This document shows, in pieces, positions 58,821 through 64,000 of a DNA stretch of 64,000 nt (positions within the stretch are counted from its first letter, which is position 1; each line of letters opens with the position of its first letter). Source of the DNA: Mycoplasmatota bacterium (lineage in GTDB: Bacteria > Bacillota_I > Bacilli_A > Izemoplasmatales > Hujiaoplasmataceae); assembly GCA_023132365.1 (NCBI GenBank), contig JAGLYJ010000001.1, positions 1,063 through 65,062 on the forward strand, given 5' to 3'. The position numbers and the translations under genes were made by a program. The notes under the pieces were generated by a model. That model was given only the letters and a program-made list of their open reading frames with translations, was not told the DNA's origin and searched no databases.

Positions 58821-59812
58821 TGGATACTGTAGCTATTCTTATATCTAAAACTGTATTATATGCTGTTCCTCTATTGTTAGGAGCCTTAGCAGGTATGTTT
58901 TCTGAGCGAAGTGGTATTATTAATATTGCTTTGGAAGGTATTATGATTGTTGGATCACTATTTGCAGGAGTTTTCTTGTCTGGAGCTATAATTAACTCTG
59001 CATTAGCTGAAAATGCTCCTCAGTTAATTGTATTTATTACAATGATTGTTTCAGGATTGGCCGGACTAATATTCTCATTATTATTAGCCTTTGCGGCAAT
59101 TAAATTAAAAGCTAATCAGGTTATTAGCGGTACTGCTTTGAATATCTTTGCGCCCGCTTTTTCTGTGCTATTGATTTACGCACTTACTTATACTGGAAAT
59201 TCAAAAATTCCGTTTCCTGATCTTATAAACTTAAACGCTGAAGCATTTGGCATTGATTCAACAAATATAGCAGATTGGGTAAATACATTACTATTTAAGA
59301 ACCTATATTTGACAACGATTCTTTCTATAGTAATATTGATTATCGCGTTTACAGTTTTATACAAAACAAAATTCGGATTAAGATTAAGAGCCTGTGGTGA
59401 GCATCCACAAGCTGCTGATTCAGTTGGTATCAATGTAATAAAAATGAGATATACTGGTGTAGCAATCTCCGGATTCTTAGCTGGTATTGGTGGATTTGCA
59501 TTTGCGATGGCCAATGGTTCAGTTCATCAATCTGATGTTCTTGGATATGGATTCTTAGCGTTAGCTGTTATGATTTTTGGTAACTGGAAACCGTTTAGAA
59601 TATTGTTTGCTGCTCTATTTTTCTCATTCTTTAAAACGATTGCTGTGCTTGCAAGTACGATTTCATTTTTGCCAACATTTGGTTTAATCAAAGTTGAAAA
59701 CTTATATAAGATGTTACCTTATATTCTTACATTAGTTGTATTAGCATTTACATCTAAAAAATCGCGAGCTCCTAAGGCAGAAGGTATTCCTTACGACCCA
59801 GGAAAACGTTAA
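58820..59812 (+). CDS. Nucleoside ABC permease (YufQ/NupC-like)
   Basis: SERSGIINIALEG, NQVISG, GLRLRACGEHPQAADSVGINV, GFLALA, LPY. Confidence 0.93.
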   Translation: MDTVAILISKTVLYAVPLLLGALAGMFSERSGIINIALEGIMIVGSLFAGVFLSGAIINSALAENAPQLIVFITMIVSGLAGLIFSLLLAFAAIKLKANQVISGTALNIFAPAFSVLLIYALTYTGNSKIPFPDLINLNAEAFGIDSTNIADWVNTLLFKNLYLTTILSIVILIIAFTVLYKTKFGLRLRACGEHPQAADSVGINVIKMRYTGVAISGFLAGIGGFAFAMANGSVHQSDVLGYGFLALAVMIFGNWKPFRILFAALFFSFFKTIAVLASTISFLPTFGLIKVENLYKMLPYILTLVVLAFTSKKSRAPKAEGIPYDPGKR

Positions 59813-59823
59813 TTGTTATTAAT

Positions 59824-59858
59824 AAAAGCCCTACTTTCTCAGTAGGGTTTTATTTTTT
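59824..59858 (+). terminator. Intrinsic terminator
   Basis: AAAAGCCCTACT-ttctc-AGTAGGGTTTT followed by a T-rich tail. Confidence 0.8.
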
Positions 59859-59958
59859 GTTTTACAACATGAATAAAAATTCACATTTGAGAAATAATTT
59901 TATTAGTATTTATTGTTATATATGTATATTTATGTTAGAATAATTAAATGGTGATATT

Positions 59959-60900
59959 ATGATAAATCAAGAGAATATTGAATTGATGTTTGATGTTTTA
60001 GATGAGTCTGCTATAATCTTGTATGAGAAGTATAAAACGCCTTATTTAGAAGGGTTAATAAAGACATGCGAGAATATAATTTCAAACTCAGTTGAGATTG
60101 ATGATGAAGATATAAAGGCTGAATTATTTGGTAAAATAAAGAAAGTATCTTCAATAAATTTTCAAAAAGAAGAGATAAGAAAAGCATTCCAATTTGCTTG
60201 TTTAAGAGGATATAAACACACTGGTATTTCTAACCAAATGATTACACCAGAAACATTAGGTATTTTTATCAATTATTTAATTTCGAAATTATATGTTAAA
60301 GATTCATTAAATATTCTAGATCCGATTGTTGGAACTGGTAATTTAGTTACATGTATCGCTAATAACTTGAATAAGAAAGTTAATTTAATTGGTGTAGAAA
60401 AAGATGTTTTATCTTATCAATTGTCTTCTGCCATATTTGATTTATTAGGTTACGGAGACAAAGTGTTTTGTCAGGATGCAATGAGTTTTAGATCACCTTT
60501 GATGGATTTGATAGTAGGTGATTTCTCAGGGGTTGAAGAGGAACTAGTTTATTCTTTGCTTAAATATAATGGAGTAAACATAGCTGAGGGTGGATTTCTG
60601 ATTGGAATATTTGATGAAGAGATTGTTAATGACAAAATACTTATTAAATATGCTCAAGATATTAGCTCAGTTTGGAAATTGTTTGGATTACTAAAACTAC
60701 CTAAGGGGATTCTAAAAACTCAAAACAAGAGCATTGTTATTTTTCAGAGAAATGGTGATTTGGTTATCCAACCTAAGAAATTTCTTTTAGTAGATTTGCC
60801 TGAATTTTCGAATAAAGAAGACATGAAAGTAGTAATTGGTCAATTAAATGATTGGTTTCAAAATATAGAATTTTATAAATTAGGAGAAAAATTAACATGA
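59959..60900 (+). CDS. YtxK-like class I SAM-dependent methyltransferase
   Basis: NQMITPE, ILDPIVGTGNL; conserved position upstream of ackA. Confidence 0.82.
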   Translation: MINQENIELMFDVLDESAIILYEKYKTPYLEGLIKTCENIISNSVEIDDEDIKAELFGKIKKVSSINFQKEEIRKAFQFACLRGYKHTGISNQMITPETLGIFINYLISKLYVKDSLNILDPIVGTGNLVTCIANNLNKKVNLIGVEKDVLSYQLSSAIFDLLGYGDKVFCQDAMSFRSPLMDLIVGDFSGVEEELVYSLLKYNGVNIAEGGFLIGIFDEEIVNDKILIKYAQDISSVWKLFGLLKLPKGILKTQNKSIVIFQRNGDLVIQPKKFLLVDLPEFSNKEDMKVVIGQLNDWFQNIEFYKLGEKLT

Positions 60901-62081
60901 TAAAAATTATGGCAGTAAATGCGGGAAGTTCATCTTTAAAATTCCAATTATTGGAGATGCCTGAGGAAAAATTAATAACTAGCGGTATTGTAGAAAGAAT
61001 TGGTTTGAAACATTCAGTTTTTACTATCAAGCTAAATGGTGAGAAAAAAGAAGAAACTTTGGATATACCTAATCACGGTGTTGCAGTAAATATTCTATTA
61101 AACAAACTTATAGAATTGAAAATCATCGCTTCATATGATGAAATATCTGGAGTTGGACATAGGGTTGTACATGGCGGTTCTGAAATATCTAAATCAATTG
61201 TATTGAACGAAAAGGAAATTGAGTACTTAGAAAGCATTGTAGATTTAGCACCACTTCATTTGGGACCAAATCTAATTGGCATAAAAGCTTTTAAAGTAAT
61301 ATTACCAAATGTAAAACATGTTGGAGTATTTGACACTGCTTTTCATCACACAATGCCTGAGGAATCATTCTTATATGCAGTTCCATGGGATTGGTATGAA
61401 AAATTCCAAGTAAGAAAATATGGTTTTCATGGAACAAGTCATAAGTATGTATCAGATAGATGTGCAGAGATTATGAGAAAAAAACCTGAAGAAATCAACG
61501 TTATAGTTTGTCACATAGGTAACGGAGCTTCAATATGCGCTGTAAAACAAGGTCGTTCTGTAGATACATCTATGGGATTCACTCCACTTGACGGGATTCC
61601 AATGGGAACTAGGTCGGGGAGTATTGATCCAGCTGTAGTTGAATTTATGATGAACAAAAAGAATAAAAAAGTTAAGGAAATAACAAATTTACTAAATAAA
61701 CAATCGGGATATATTGGTTTATCAGGTCTATCTTCAGATTCTAGAGATTTAGTAGAGGCTTCAAAGAATGGTAATCATAGAGCTCAATTAGCTATCGATG
61801 TTCAAGCGAAAAGAATTGCTGATTATATAGCTAGTTACTATGTATATATGGGTGGAGCTGATGCAATTATCTTTACGGCAGGTATTGGTGAGAACGCAAA
61901 ATCTACTAGAAGTAATATAATTGAAAGAGTTTCTATTTTAGGAGCTAAGATTGATGAAGAAAGAAATGACTGTAGAGGTGTTGAGAGATTAATTTCTACA
62001 GATGATTCAAAACTTAAAGTATATTTAATACCAACTAATGAAGAAGTGATGATTGCAAGAGATACATTGTCATTACTATAA
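60897..62081 (+). CDS. ackA: Acetate kinase
   Basis: NAGSSSLK, GHRVVHGG, FDTAFH, YGFHGTSH, FTAGIGEN, PTNEE. Confidence 0.97.
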   Translation: MIKIMAVNAGSSSLKFQLLEMPEEKLITSGIVERIGLKHSVFTIKLNGEKKEETLDIPNHGVAVNILLNKLIELKIIASYDEISGVGHRVVHGGSEISKSIVLNEKEIEYLESIVDLAPLHLGPNLIGIKAFKVILPNVKHVGVFDTAFHHTMPEESFLYAVPWDWYEKFQVRKYGFHGTSHKYVSDRCAEIMRKKPEEINVIVCHIGNGASICAVKQGRSVDTSMGFTPLDGIPMGTRSGSIDPAVVEFMMNKKNKKVKEITNLLNKQSGYIGLSGLSSDSRDLVEASKNGNHRAQLAIDVQAKRIADYIASYYVYMGGADAIIFTAGIGENAKSTRSNIIERVSILGAKIDEERNDCRGVERLISTDDSKLKVYLIPTNEEVMIARDTLSLL

Positions 62082-62095
62082 TAATTAACTTATAT

Positions 62096-62140
62096 AAATA
62101 CCTCTTACTAGTAATGTTTTACTATTAGAGGTATTTTTTT
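62096..62140 (+). terminator. Intrinsic terminator after ackA
   Basis: AAATACCTCT..TAGTAA-tgtt-TTACTA..AGAGGTATTT followed by Ts. Confidence 0.75.
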
Positions 62141-62212
62141 ATGTAGGTATGAATTTTCCTTAAAAAATAGTTATTTAATTGAGATTATGTTATAATTATT
62201 CTGGTGAATAAC

Positions 62213-64000
62213 ATGATAAATTTTGACTTATTTATTCAATCTAGTTACTCTCTTAATGGAAGTATAATTGATGTTGATAAAGTTGTTGATGAAGCTTCCA
62301 AAAAGGGTTATAAAACATTGGGTCTTATTGATCACAATCATATGTATGGTGCTATAAAATTTTATAAAAAATGTTTAGCGTCAGGAATTAAACCAATTAT
62401 TGGATTAGAACTATCTTTAGAATCCAATTTTTTTGGTATGGTAGATGTTTTATTGGTTTCTAGAGATGAAGAAGGATATAAAAATTTAATTGAGATAAGT
62501 TCACTTGTGAGTATTAACGAAAAAGTAAATTTTAATGAGATTTTAGATTACAATAAGGGAATAGTATTAATTGCTAAAACAGATGAAGGGGTATTAGCAA
62601 ATCATATTTATGAAAATAAATTATCACTTGCTAAAGATTTGTTGTCTGAACTAAGAACTTATGCTGAAGAGGTATTTGTAGGGTTAGATCTAAATGACTA
62701 TAGAATCGAATTAAAAGTGGCGCCATCGATAGAAGAACTTGGAAAAGTTGTAATTATTAATAAAGTGAAATACTATCAAAAAGGTGATTTAAGAACATCA
62801 AATGTGTTAGCTAAAATTTTAAGGGAAGAAGATAACACTACCGGCTTATTTAAACATGAAGAAGTATATTATAATTTAAAAACGCTAGATGAATTAAATA
62901 AAATGTATTCAGCTTATCCAAAAGCAATAAGGAATACCTTGGATTTAATAAAAACGTGTAACATAAAAATAGATTTAAAAGCTCGACATTTACCTAAATA
63001 TCCTATGAAGGATTTAGATGCTTTTCAAAAACTTACTAACCTATCTGAAAAAGGGTTAACTAGACGACTTATGCAAGCGAATAAGTATTCGCTAGTTGAA
63101 GTTTATAAGAAAAGACTAAAATATGAATTAGATATTATTCATAAAATGGGATACGAAGATTATTTTTTAATTGTTTGGGATTTTGTATTATTTGCTAAGA
63201 AGAAGAATATTCTTGTAGGACCTGGACGTGGTTCAGCCGCTGGATCTTTAGTTGCTTATGTTTTAGGGATAGTTGATGTTGATCCAATTGAACACGATTT
63301 ATACTTCGAAAGATTTTTAAACCCAGAAAGAATAACCATGCCTGATATAGACATGGATTTTCCTGATGATAAACGAGAAGAAGTTATTCAATACGTTATA
63401 AACAAATATGGAAAAGAAAAAGTAGTTTCAATTATCACATTTGGAACTTTTCAAGGAAAATCAGCTATTAGAGATGTTGGTAGAGTATTGGACATAGATA
63501 CTGTAATCCTAGATGAATTATCTAAAAATTTATCTACATCAAGTAATTCTTTAGAAATATTAAAAGAGCAACACCCTAAGGAGTATTCATATTATGTAAA
63601 TATTCCAAATATTAAAGAATTAATAGATATTGCAACTAAGTTGAATGGGCTTGTAAAGCATACGTCAACTCATGCAGCGGGGATTATTATTGTAGGAGAA
63701 GATATTAGAAATTATTCACCTATTCAAATGGGATTATTAGGCACTTACCAAACCCAATATGAAGCTAGTGATTTAGAGGAAATAGGATTATTAAAGTTTG
63801 ATTTTCTTGGTCTTAGAAATTTAACTATAATCGCTGATGCAGTTAAGTTAATAGAAGATAGTAGCGGTGAAAGAATAAATATTTACAAGATTCCTATGGA
63901 TGATAAAAAAACATTTAATCTACTGAAAGATGTAAATACCCTCGGTGTATTCCAGTTAGAATCAAACGGGATGATGGATTTAGTTAGAAAAATGCAAATA
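62213..64000 (+). CDS. dnaE: DNA polymerase III alpha subunit (3' truncated by window edge; not in the ORF track)
   Basis: Translated manually: MINFDLFIQSSYSL (PHP domain), MYGAIKFY, VGPGRGSAAGSLVAY, FERFLNPERITMPDIDMDF, STHAAG, GLLKFDFLGLRNL, GVFQLES. Confidence 0.96.
   Translation, partial: MINFDLFIQSSYSLNGSIIDVDKVVDEASKKGYKTLGLIDHNHMYGAIKFYKKCLASGIKPIIGLELSLESNFFGMVDVLLVSRDEEGYKNLIEISSLVSINEKVNFNEILDYNKGIVLIAKTDEGVLANHIYENKLSLAKDLLSELRTYAEEVFVGLDLNDYRIELKVAPSIEELGKVVIINKVKYYQKGDLRTSNVLAKILREEDNTTGLFKHEEVYYNLKTLDELNKMYSAYPKAIRNTLDLIKTCNIKIDLKARHLPKYPMKDLDAFQKLTNLSEKGLTRRLMQANKYSLVEVYKKRLKYELDIIHKMGYEDYFLIVWDFVLFAKKKNILVGPGRGSAAGSLVAYVLGIVDVDPIEHDLYFERFLNPERITMPDIDMDFPDDKREEVIQYVINKYGKEKVVSIITFGTFQGKSAIRDVGRVLDIDTVILDELSKNLSTSSNSLEILKEQHPKEYSYYVNIPNIKELIDIATKLNGLVKHTSTHAAGIIIVGEDIRNYSPIQMGLLGTYQTQYEASDLEEIGLLKFDFLGLRNLTIIADAVKLIEDSSGERINIYKIPMDDKKTFNLLKDVNTLGVFQLESNGMMDLVRKMQI

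Noticed and set aside
684-61030. Many short antisense or overlapping ORFs in the track (e.g. 684-929, 11860-12192, 17547-18062, 44143-44646, 50713-51153)
   Set aside because: They are shadows of well-supported genes on the other strand or frame, with no RBS or recognisable motifs.

Overview
This AT-rich, translation-table-11 window is most consistent with a free-living wall-less Bacillota/Mollicutes relative (Izemoplasmatales/Acholeplasma-like). That assignment is inferred from gene style and content, not from a database search. Housekeeping content: an ACC + type II fatty-acid synthesis cluster, a split gltX, a class II ribonucleotide reductase, tRNA-Arg/Pro/Cys, rplY, rpsP-khpA, a DEAD-box helicase, two DegV proteins, cca, pullulanase, yhaM, a nucleoside ABC transporter, ackA and a partial dnaE. 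The most notable elements are: (i) a GEMM-I cyclic-dinucleotide riboswitch carrying A at the G20-equivalent position (a 3',3'-cGAMP-type signature), wired as a transcriptional ON switch upstream of an amino-acid-sensing dCache-HAMP-GGDEF*-EAL phosphodiesterase and a degenerate GGDEF-EAL partner; (ii) a TetR-controlled thiolase / ketoacyl reductase / atypical KAS-III / HAAT-type ABC operon with visible operators but no cognate binding protein; (iii) a giant 1111-aa PrsA-like foldase; (iv) an ApbE / NusG-II / Gx-transporter flavinylation module. Several discontinuities suggest assembly chimerism or deletions: the first ~2.5 kb looks foreign, gltX has an internal deletion, and there is an 'empty' promoter-RBS-terminator cassette. 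No CRISPR array, prophage or IS element was seen.
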